A stretch of 64,000 nt of DNA from Balanoglossus misakiensis. Lineage: Eukaryota > Animalia > Hemichordata. The stretch spans positions 6,832,791 to 6,896,790 of the forward strand of contig CM082596.2 of NCBI GenBank assembly GCA_040954595.2, read 5' to 3'. The notes under the pieces were generated by a model. The model ran no database searches. It was not told the DNA's origin and saw only the letters and a list, made by a program, of their open reading frames with translations. Shown piece after piece: positions 53,001 through 64,000 of the stretch. How positions within the stretch are numbered: position 1 is the stretch's first letter; every line of letters starts with the position of its first letter. Position numbers and translations under genes: made by a program.

Positions 53001-56000
53001 TTACTGGCTTGAGCATTTTTTTTCCTTTTGTCTCTCCCTTGCGTTGCTTAATGAACCATGTCGGAGTGGTGAAGGGTGGTTGACGCGTGTGTAACTTTAT
53101 ATTTCAAACCGTATACGAGTCGTTTTTGTCCGGCGGTCAATGGGCGCTTCGTCCCTAAACAAGAACCCAAGACTTTTGGAGGGAAAAATGCAGCGACGAC
53201 GGCAGGGGCCCAACTCGGATTTCTGTCTGTGTTCCTCGCTTACAATCCACCTGCAAATATTTCAAGCGATCCGCGGAGACGTGGGTGGCATCTTGACAAA
53301 GGGGAAGGCAGACCGAAACAGGGCCAGGTAAGTGGGGGGACACTTAGACCGGTTGCGCGCGGCTGGACTGCGGTAGGGACGCGCTCGACGCCGGCCAACA
53401 GGTAAACAAGCGCACCGACTGCGCACATACCTATTCTGCATGTTTCCGATGGTACTTTAAAGCAAATAAACGAAAAAATACCCAGAAAATAGCTTATCTG
53501 TTTACCAATTGCATTCTATTTCTCTAAATCTTCTTTTTAATTTGACCAGACATGTGCGTAAACGTTGGATTTGCTTGCGCGGGTGCAGGTGTCTTTTCGC
53601 CCCGGTGACTGTCAGCGATATCACCCTCCTCGACATAACCTACCCATCCCATGTTACGACTCAACTCAAAACTATGCGGAACAAGACAAAGCAAAGAATT
53701 CCACCTTTTTGTTGAAACCAATACACACGACAATATTGATACATTCCCACTTCATTAGGAGAGGTAGCGCCAAGCGGCTTGTTCCGGCAAGGGTCCGCTA
53801 CCTCTAGAAGTGCCAATCGCTCAACCACAACAATAATTGGCATTATATGATACACTGGACTCCCCCTATCCACTGACTATGCAGCCATATTCGGGGATTT
53901 CAAAAAATAGCGCCTCCTATTTACAATTCACCGAATGAGACTCGGGAGATTTTTATAACCGTGACTTAAATATCACAGTTCGTTTCTGTATATCCCACTA
54001 TGACCGTCATCCCGTATCGCACTGCGTATGTTTTCATTTTGAACTAAAACTCAGACTTTTGGGATAATTGGATATCGTTGAAAAGTGGACAAAATCTCTA
54101 AAATGAAAACCCACCTCAATATCGATGAAGTACTTTCCTCTCTCTTCACTTCCTCATTGGCAACTTTTTCTTCCAAAACACGATAAAATCTGCGAATAAA
54201 ACGATATCAATATGTAACATGGGTGCACGGTGTTTCAAGTGGTAGCGTTACAGATTTAAACTATATTGATTGATTGATGCAACGGAATCGATTCCCCGCT
54301 GTTTAAATGTTATGTATGATTGATGTAACAGAATCAGCCTGAGATTTCCTATTTTTATATTACACTTTCAGCAAGCAAACAGCAACGGAGGTGCCTGGAA
54401 AATCTGCATGAAAATTGAAGCATCACTCCCATGCAGTAATCATTAGGCAAACGTCAAATTAGGTAAAAACTGTTAGGTAATTTCAGAGATTTATTTTCAC
54501 ATGTCAACGTTACAATATCCAATTATCTCCATATCCCCAAACGTGTTAGTAACAGTAATTGAGGTCGGGTACTTCTGGGGGAAAAAAGTGAACGGGAATG
54601 GGAGGTGTTTTTTTGGTGTATCAGAAATCATACAAAAGTCCGTAATAAACATTCGGCCTGCTGACCGTCCAAGGAGTCATTTAGTGGAGTCGGTGGCGGC
54701 CGATTCAGGTTAACACGAACGGTCCAAGCTACACGGCCAATCGGTGTTTCCCACGGAGTTCCTGATCACCGGGCGAAGGTAAGTTTTACGCGGAAGGGAA
54801 TGTGGTTGGCGCTACCAGGAGTTTGACAAGTTGGGGGTGAATACCCATCTCAATGAATTTATATACAATGTATTCGGGAAGGAGAGCAGTTACTATCTCC
54901 TCGTTTTCTCGTTTTGGTACACACACCCCGTAGTGCACAATTTCATCCAATTTCACATTTTCTCGCCAAAATCCCTGCGCAACTGAAACATTTCAGCAAT
55001 GAATTATGCATTTGTCAAACAACCTTTTGCATTGTCACAAAAGTTTTCATTTAAAACATACCCTGGTCATTTTAAGCTTTTGAAAGAGGGTCACACGGCC
55101 CGACGCTGCTTTGGAACTCTCCAAAAATCGCTAAACTGAGAACTGCCCTTCTTATAATGGAAATCTAATTAGACATGTCGTGGTAAAGATTTCAGGATTA
55201 AAAAATTCTGCACCGTAATTTCTTATAAATGTGACGCAAGGACATAAACGTTGACTAGAAGCACAACCACAGCGTTGGAAAGAAATGATTTCTCTGGTTG
55301 GGGTCGGGTTGTTGAATTCCACACTCTGCAGTCAAATTTCACACTGTCGCATGAGTTATATTTAGTTATACACGACGTGGCCTCCAAACAAGGATGATTA
55401 CCGGAGAATTCGAAAATACTTGACGGAACAGAAATTTGGCAGTTCAGGCCATCGTCGACCATAGGAAGAAAAAAAAACACCGTACAAGTTACTGAATTGA
55501 AACTGTCGACATAAATTCGGCGGTGACGTTATCCGTTCAGAGAACACTAATGTTGAGGGATACTTTTTGTTTTAGTTGTTGTGGAATTTGTCTATCCCCT
55601 CCGGTGATCCTACGACCTCAAATTCCAGGTTCTTGTCCATGCTAAACGATGTAAACGTGACTGGTGCAAGCTTAGCCTACAGCGACAGAAACGTCAAGAG
55701 CTTCCATAAATAGTACATTCCCCGTAGAAGGTGCTGTGTCGTACAAGTATCGATGGCAGAAAAAATGTTCGATGTTGGGGACGCTATGAAATAAATATTC
55801 CTTACGTAAACGTTTTTAAAACCAAATTTTGTGTATTTATGACAAACATGTAACCATAAATTGAATTGAAGTTCGAAATCAAATTTTGTTGTCATCAAGA
55901 ACGAATATTACAGGCTTTATTACACAGGCAGAAAACAGGGGGAATCGACAAAGGTCTGGAAATATATATGAAGGGTTACATCTCTTATGCCTTTGTTTCA

Positions 56001-56307
56001 TCGTAAAAACAACGTCTCATATGATTGCGCGACGATAAAACCGAAAACATCTGATAAAATGCACATGAGATAGCATTCCTCTTGCTCTGGGCCTTAAACT
56101 CCAATTTTAAGCGCTTTGTTTTTGACTTCGCGAATCGCGGCCGATGAGTGTTTGCTCACACCAGCCACCAAAAGCAGCGAGTGACTCTCCGGAAACATAT
56201 TATTTTACGGACATCTGGGAATCCAGCGACACCCCAAAACAACAACTTGTTTGTCGGAGATGTCGTCCATGTGCGACTGCTTGAGATATCTGAACTTCGC
56301 GTGTTGT

Positions 56308-56390
56308 GGGAGAGTGGCCGAGAGGTCAAAGTTGGCATGGAAAAGTGCAGATCTAAATTTTGAATTTGGTCGAGTTTCGAACCACTCGCA
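56308..56390 (+). mobile_element. Degenerate tRNA-derived SINE head or pseudo-tRNA
   Basis: A-box-like TGGCCGAGAGG (56315-25) and B-box-like GTTTCGAACC (56374-83) inside a perfect CGAGT/ACTCG stem. No acceptor or anticodon stems can be formed, so it is not a functional tRNA. Confidence 0.4.
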
Positions 56391-58368
56391 TTATGTTCGC
56401 GTTGCTGGATATCTGAGCTGTTTACTACAAGACAAAAATAAGAGTTCCCATCCAGACGCCAACTCGAATAAAATTCACAGATCGCTCTCAAAAATTATTT
56501 ATTCTATCGAAAACTTCACACTCAGTCGACTTCAACGCCACCCTACCAACTTCGTGTGGGCCTACGCGTGTGGGGACGTCACTTGAAATAAACGCGCTTG
56601 TTCAACTCCTTCAAAACTGTCCAAAACCCTTCAAGATTCTCGATCGCAAATGACGTTAGAGTTTTCTAGAATATCGAAATCGCTGCATTGTGACGGCACA
56701 ACAATGCCGCGACAGGGTCAGGGATCTCCGCTGACCTGATGGCGGGCATCAAACGTCCACCATCTTTTGTTTCGTCGTCGCTCGATTGTGCTGGATACTG
56801 TAGCGAGCCCACGACGCCGTCGGCTGTCCAAAATCGCGTATTTACTGGACGGAAAAACGAGACTTGTACTCCCGGGGCGAGTAATACGAACCGGGTTGTA
56901 ACAAGAGGGTGTGCTGCTTTGTTTGAGGCCTTTCCCATGCTCAGATTCTAAAGTACATGTATCAGTTTGTCGTCTGTAGGCTAGCTTCGTTCGCGTTTTA
57001 CTTTGTGGTGTTTTAATACGCTGAATCTCTCTCTGCTCTTTTTCTCTCTTCTCTCTCTCTCTCTCTCTTTCCATGCAAACAGAAAAAAATTTTAAGTACA
57101 GGCTCTCTATTGGGCTTTATATTAAATCCAAAGTACATGAAGTTTAGTCCGTGGCGATATTGTCCGTTTCTTTCATTTTTTGTATTATTTTGTCCTTTAG
57201 ACTTCATCGATGACTTTACTTAATACAAAGTGTTTGTTTTTGAAGGTCCACACAGTTCGCTTGTACTTTTTTAACTGTAAACAGAACGGGCGCGATCAAT
57301 AGTTTCTGCAGGAATCAGAACGCTTCTGAAAAAGAGCGCGTCTGGCCTGGCACGCTTGTTGTAACTTGCAAGTAAACATTCGAAAAACGATCGTTTCGGG
57401 TCTTTTTCCCAACAGCGCGGGTCCCCGGTTGATAGAAAGTGCACAGGTTACGTTTAGCGATGAAATTTTCTATTTAGCGATGAAAAGGAAAGCGCGATAA
57501 TGTGGGTTATCGCGATCCCAGGAGGTCGCCTCGGAAAACCTTGCGAAGTTGGCGGGCCAATAATCGAAAAAAAAAACTGTATACTCGTCAACTCGACACA
57601 CACACACAAGATTGGGGTCTTCCATGTTACTGTGATGTAGGTAAACGGCCCGGGGCCAAAGCGATATATATGTAAAAGAGACAACGGCCACCTGTTTATC
57701 TACCAGTTCATATCTGTCAATCAGGCCATCAATCACCGGCGCCAGCCAATCAAAGCGTTCCTTTCGACGGCCGGGCTCCCCAGACTACCGGGAAGTCTCG
57801 CCTCACATCCGGTTCTGCGGCTAATGTTGTAATTTTCGATTTAAACGTGGCCCTCGGGCTCGGCGCTGAGCACAATCCCGCCCCAGACACCATTTACTTC
57901 ATCTTCCACAGTTTGAACACAGCGAGATTATGAAAGCTGTGGGTATTTTAATGGGAATTATCCAGTCAAGTGACAGGAGCGATTCGCTTATTCAATGAAT
58001 CATTTCAGGCGATTCCCTTGACAAAAGCGACATAAGAGAAAAAAAGAGGTACTCGCCCGTGGACATTTCACAAGTTTGAGTTCAAACTTTGGGCGAACTG
58101 GTATTTTCCAGCTGGAGGTGGTCTCGTTCTGGCTCTTGCAACTCGAGTGCGCTCAAACATAACGTCGGACGAGAGATAAAAATTCGTTTGATTTCAATGC
58201 TTGCATATTAGTCGCAGAGAACATTAAAATTCATTCTATACCATTTTATGACAGCAACTTTCTTGGGTACGAAACAAGGTATGTATTACAAATGTTCACA
58301 CCATGTGGACAAAAAATACACCGGTAGTTTACTATATGAGTAGGAAAGATTTTCGATATCGAATCTCC

Positions 58369-59158
58369 TGTTACGAAAGTTACGAAGCCCGTATCGTCAT
58401 TCTGGTACTGACGAAACTCTATTCGGAGAAAGGTTAGGGCATATTAGTAGCCTATTCTAGCCTTTGCTGCCGTCCCTACCTCGCCCTCTCTGTTCGCGAA
58501 CGGACAATGTCAATATTAGTTCTTCTCTGACAATGCGGGGCTATTGAGTGGTTTACACCCGAACTCTTCGAGAGTTACAAGCGTCGCGAGCACAATGGCC
58601 GCCCGCCACAGGTCGATGGGAAGTCACACAGACCAACGTGACAAGCATCAATACCGCTGAATGCAGCGCTTCCAACGGTCGAGTACAGACCCAGCAGCTA
58701 TGCATGTCGAACAAATTGTCAAGTGATACAGTTTCTCTTGCGCTCGACTTAAGTTTCTGCTTGCTGCGAGGCACGCCTGGGCTTTGGTGGTGGGTCTTTT
58801 TTTGTGAATACGTCTGGCCGAGGAGGGCGGAGGTATAAAAGCGAGTTGTGCAAAGAGCGCCACCAGCGACGCACACTTAGGACAACTTCCCCAGTGAAGA
58901 ATTTGCTGGAGTCACATTGTACAGACTTGGTTTACAGCGGGGGTGTTCTTGGGAGAGTGAAAATAATCCAAAACGGGGACCTGGGTTTGCACTGCCGGCC
59001 ACACACCCATACAAATTCCCACAACTGGTGATGGATTCCACAAGGAGACACACACAGACAAACTGGAAAATCATGAAGGCTAGCTGCAAGCTTCGGACAG
59101 AAAATCTTCACACAAATCCATTGATTGAACGTAGGGGGCGCAACTTAACCTCATAACA
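58369..59158 (+). mobile_element. Possible solo LTR (~790 bp)
   Basis: Begins TGTTACGA and ends TCATAACA (7/8 inverted match, TG...CA). Internal GGGCGG (58825-30) and TATAAAA (58834-40). No matching target-site duplication (ctcc versus caga) and no canonical AATAAA, hence low confidence. Confidence 0.3.
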
Positions 59159-59805
59159 CAGATGTGTACTATCAGTATTTGATGATTATGTTCACAGAGT
59201 GCACTGCCACAGCTATTAATCAGACTTCCAACTAGACTTGCACACAGGAGATTACATGTGTCATGTTGGAATATTGCGTGACTTGTGTAACATTTTCATT
59301 TATCGGACATTCAGTAATTACACGTGTGACATAATCAGTTGGCAGAGTGTTCACTTCGCGACTGAACATTTTCATCTGATTTAAAAGAGCTAACAGCTGC
59401 TAAAGGCATTCTATCCAACATTCTTGAGAACGGGTGTTGGTGGTTTTGACTGCGAGGCGTTGACACACACCCAATTGGTGTTACCAGCATCTAATTTCCA
59501 GCCTTTTGTGCAAAAAAAATGCCGACACGCCCACTCGAAGCAGTCATCTGGGAAGGATGCATCTCTCAACGCATATCATTCACAGTCCCTTAGGATTGCT
59601 AGGTTTTAGTGGACAGGGAAACCAATTTCCTGTATGCGAAATGTGACCGTGTATACTGAAAGATAAAGTTTTTCAGGCGTAACACTTGCCAAATGGTACA
59701 CAGATTGGGTTCTGAACATTTTCACACTTGACAATATCGTAGGATAGTCTGGTGTCTGTCCAGCCAAAATCTTTGTATGTATGCATGTTCGCACACACAC
59801 ACACG

Positions 59806-59898
59806 TATGTATGTATGTATGTATGTATGTATGTATGTATGTATGTATGTATGTATGTATGTATGTATGTATGTATGTATGTATGTATGTATGTATGT
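59806..59898. repeat. (TATG)n microsatellite
   Basis: Visible array. Confidence 0.97.
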
Positions 59899-60402
59899 CA
59901 TACGAGGGTCTGCACTACTAGTACTACCCTGTGAAAGGGACACATACATAAACATACATGCATGTTTATGTGCATACACATATATGTATGTATGCGAGAG
60001 TGGTTCTATAATTCTGATGTTTCTAATCTTTTTATGAAATCCATGACTTTGTCACATGTTCACACCTACGATGTGGCCAAACGTTAACAACTTTGTGTGT
60101 AAAAGTACACATGTATCCACACTACTGTCTTATTTGCAGCAAATGCTATTTTTATATTTGTAGATTGTATCATATCGAGTTGGCGATATTCCTAGCGCAT
60201 TGACTGGTAGTGTCTGAAGATCTAAAGGAAATTCTATTTTTAAGGGACTGGTGATTTGAGTAGATAGGAGACGGGGGGGGGGGGGGGGGGGGATGTTAGT
60301 GACGCCTCATTGTTTACCGACGCAGACCCAAAAGAGGAATGGTTTTTAACTCTCTACTTGACATATTCCACAGCTAAATCAATGTTCAACACAAACTAAG
60401 AT

Positions 60403-61121
60403 TCAAATGTTTGACTGGCAAACACCAGTGTAGTTGAAATCTAGTGTATACTTTGCTTGGTTCGCCCTTTTCTGACCACGTGATCTCTGACAAGTTCCAT
60501 GGTGCTTTGTAGTCTCCAGCACTAGGCAAGGCAGGCATGGTTGATCCCTAAACACCGGGTAAGCGGCCGACCAAAAAAGGTCCCCAAAACACTTACCTAC
60601 ACAAGCAATACCCAATGTCACTAGCCCTGTACAATGTACATGTACATATCAATTGCCAGCACATGTACATGTACACGTGTTTATAGGTACATGTATATGC
60701 TGACCATGATCTAGAAAAGCCACAGCTTACCTTGCATCACCTGGGCTGTCCATATCTGTTACTCTCTATGATTTGGTACTATCTTGCGCTACACATTCCT
60801 CTTGGGAAGCGAAATGGGGACTGTGTTTTCGGAATAGGTCAAGACTGCGAAAATGTCCTGCATCATCATGAAGTCGATAGGCCTCGAGGCTCCAAAACTT
60901 GAAATAGCCTGAACATGAAGATGTATTTTGTCAAGTCTGCTGTAGAGTACATGTACAATCGATTCGAGTGTTCAACTTCACAAAAACTCAGGAGTTTGGC
61001 AGAATATTTGACGACAACTCGACGGAAAACCTACCTTACAGCCGTCTTCAATGTTTCCATTACGACCGGAACTGAACGTAACCCTGTGACCTATGACCTA
61101 TGAAGCTATGCATCCTGGGAA
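60403..61121 (-). other. Candidate small spliced transcription unit (lncRNA/sORF or decayed gene fragment)
   Basis: ZNF143/Staf-like TTCCCAGGATGCAT (61121-08), an ETS core and an ATG at 61060. Three strong minus-strand donors (after 61035, 60731, 60597) pair with YAG acceptors (60908, 60626, 60521). No long ORF; the 3' end is not defined. Confidence 0.4.
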
Positions 61122-63541
61122 AACCACGTTGAAGTTTTGCACGTGCGTCATTTGTTTCTAGCTGTTGTTTTATTTAACCCATGAATACCCAAAGTGATTG
61201 TTTTAGGTCGTTTACTTGATGAAATGGCTTGTTTCAGTCGGTTTATGGTCGTTTGGCTCGCTTTGGCCCGTTTTGGGTCGTTTCAACATCTATCATATGC
61301 CGGCATTTATTTAACGTGGGTAGACATTAGACAACGTACTGTAGGCCTATATCAGAAATGTTAGAAAATCAGAAATGACAGAAGTGCCTGTCTCTTTCGA
61401 CGTCAAGTTGTATAAACTCGAAGGCGGGAACTCGCAAACTTGTCGAATTCTTCCCGTGACGTCACACCACGATGAAAGGCGTTCATAGCCTGACAGACGA
61501 GGGAGGGGGCGTAGGTCACAGCATATGACCTCGTGGAAGGAGCTCAGTGTCGGGGAGGGTGTCCTCCGGGACACCCCAGCTGGGGCCCAGTGATGAAAGA
61601 CACGTGACATGAGGGGCTCTTAACAAAGTGAAAAGTGGTATTATTGTCTTTTAAATAAATAATGCTATAATGAAATATACAACCTCGGTGAAACGAACAA
61701 CATGGCGTACAAATATCGCAAGACTCTTGGCTTTTGAAAATCGAGAACGTAACCAATGTAGCAAGAAAATGAAAATTAATACGGGCTGGTATTCTCTGTA
61801 CAGTTAATAGTGTCTGCTTGTATCTTTGCCACGATGAACCTACTAGTATCGAGTGTAGCCAATTTCGCACACGTCTGTCACTGTAAACGATATCGCAGTA
61901 TTGCGTCAGAACGACCGATCTTCGGGTGGGCGTAATTTTGTACGGACACGTAGGCCCTATAGCAGACAGGAGAAGGAAGCTGGAGTATCGAAATGGACGG
62001 TGGAAACGACACCGTTGTTTTCGAAATCAATCGTCTGGCCGACACCCAACGCGGAATACGAAACCCACTTTCTCACTGGGTGTACTACGCTTACGTCACG
62101 CACGAGACAGATAAAAAGCGTGAAAAACACTACTATTTGTATTCATCAAAATCGAACAAATACTAGACATGGTAATTTTGTAAATAATATATCACAGAAA
62201 CGCTCGAAGAACGTTTGCCTCGATTTAAACCTCGCAATTTAGGACTTGCGATTCTGAGTTTTGCTTCACGATGGTTTACACTTTTAAAAAAATTCAAAAT
62301 TTTGAAGCGTGCATTGCCCACCGTGACGTCATTACCGATAATCATACAACACGATACAAATACAAAGCAAATGTAAAATTAGCTGTTTTCGAATTCCCCT
62401 AACTATTCATATCTGCAAGACATAATTCACTATTATTGACGATGGAAACTTAAAGAAAATCTGAAATAACGAGTTTTATCGTCAAATTTGTTTCGGGAAG
62501 TTGTACTTTCAGCAGAGGGTTTCCATAGCGATAAATCAGAGCATTTTGAGGTAACACGGTTCAATGACGTCATTGCATGCAAATGTAGTGTGATATATCT
62601 CGCATTATTGCTATTTCGAGGGTGGCTGTCCGAACACCCCCTATCCCGAATCTCAACACGTGACCAGTGTCTGTCACAGAAACAGCTGGGCGGCGTAACG
62701 ACCACTTTTGCCTCAATTCAACAACATTATTTACAGAGAATACAAACAATTAACCAGCCTCGCATGTACACATACCTATCATTATATACAAAAAATTATG
62801 AGAGCTGAAACTCACTGTACGCGTGCTGTTTACACCATGAGTCATTTCGGAGGGCATTCGCAGAAAAATACAGATTTTGAACCTATTCAATTGTACAGTA
62901 AAAATAAAAACAGCTAAAATATCTATAACAATCATTGATATAAAGATCTCGGTTTGCTTTTGGTTACCGGTCAGGCAAATTTGACATTGCTTCAAATACA
63001 ATGTGTAAGTGTAATATCACCGGTATATACTTCACATAGGACCGACAACCACCAGATTTTCATCACAGCCCCTATTTCTTAAATACGCCCAAATGCATAT
63101 ATAAAGACAAGATGTTATAGACTCAAATTTAAAAGAAGTGGCTTGAAATTTTAATACTGATTCGGCAAGGCTTATGAAACGCGGACTCTCAGTCCGGTCC
63201 TTCACGTCCGGTCCCTATCATGTCCATGCATGCATTGCGCGAAAAATTGAAATCATTGATCAGAACCAGGTGTTCTTTTTATGTCCAGAGCGTGGCATTA
63301 TGGGAAAAAAGTACACGCGTTGCTGAATGTCCAATTCCATTCATTTATACAAGTCTTCGCTTATCCTGTTCAGCAGCTCAATCGCCGTTTTTGGTGATTC
63401 TTCCTGGATGTCTGACTCCTTCTCAAACGATAGCGTTCTGGAAAGAATAGAAACGTCCTCGTTCGAGGCGAACTGGGCATCCTCGTCCGGGAATGGATTT
63501 TTTTTAAAAAAAACGCAACGACACCGCGCCGGCCGCACAGG

Positions 63542-64000
63542 TTACGAGTAGTCGTTGCACGTGTGGATGGTCTTCCTCGTCGTGCACGTGTCACAGTTCA
63601 CCACGCAGCACCAATGGAAGCGACACTTGCAGTTCTCCGTCACCACTATCGTCTGCTCCGTGTAGCCGCGCCCGCAGCACAGCAGGTCGCAGCCGCCGAT
63701 GCCCAGCGACGTGTTGTTGCAGCCCCTGCCGGCCGTGCCCAGGGACCCCACTTTCCGGCTGGGCTCGCAGAAGTCCGGCGAGTCGGCTATGTAGACCAGG
63801 TCGTCCTTCCCCGGCGGCTTGATGGTGTCCCCGCCCTCGGGCAGCAGTCCCTCGCCGCTGTTCCCGCCGATGACCTTCGCCGCTCCGTTGAATTTGTCCT
63901 TGAGCAAATCGCCGACGTCCCGGAAAACCGGCATTTTCTTCCAACACGTCTTCACCGTACACGATCCGGACAGCCCGTGGCACTTGCACTCGACCCTCAT
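63542..64000 (-). CDS. Wnt6: Wnt6 last coding exon (5' part outside window)
   Basis: MRVECKCHGLSGSCTVKTCWKKMPVFRDVG...FNGAAKVIGGNSG...IKPPGKDDLVYIADSPDFC...ENCKCRFHWCCVVNC...TCNDYS*. ECKCHGLSGSC, CWKKMP, FNGAxKV, IKPP and ENCxCRFHWCC are typical of Wnt6, and the position next to Wnt1 fits the conserved cluster. Confidence 0.92.
   Translation of the reverse strand: MRVECKCHGLSGSCTVKTCWKKMPVFRDVGDLLKDKFNGAAKVIGGNSGEGLLPEGGDTIKPPGKDDLVYIADSPDFCEPSRKVGSLGTAGRGCNNTSLGIGGCDLLCCGRGYTEQTIVVTENCKCRFHWCCVVNCDTCTTRKTIHTCNDYS

Noticed and set aside
53325-54784. Two isolated plus-strand AG|GTAAGT donors downstream of Wnt1
   Set aside because: No convincing acceptors, ORF or promoter linking them; isolated donors occur by chance

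Overview
Eukaryotic (animal) genomic DNA carrying three members of the ancient Wnt gene cluster, arranged Wnt9 (-) <- -> Wnt1 (+) -> <- Wnt6 (-). I rebuilt both multi-exon genes by hand from splice sites and codon phases. Wnt9 has exons 15365-15289, 15032-14815, 4579-4311 and 387-<1, and its C-terminus runs off the left edge. Wnt1 is complete, with exons 35544-35668, 36597-36856, 42835-43097 and 49503-50000 (381 aa, or 371 aa from the second ATG). Only the last exon of Wnt6 (>64000-63542) is inside the window. Nearly all other ORFs in the supplied track are chance ORFs or microsatellite translations. The non-coding DNA is CpG-rich by eye and holds many microsatellites, two small non-autonomous DNA transposons, a tRNA-like SINE head and a possible solo LTR. 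The cluster itself is well known. The most novel-looking item is an unexplained, apparently spliced minus-strand unit with a housekeeping-type promoter between Wnt1 and Wnt6 (~60400-61130). Candidate enhancers and uORFs in both Wnt leaders are also noted. The organism cannot be named; the sequence fits a non-insect invertebrate bilaterian (inference only).
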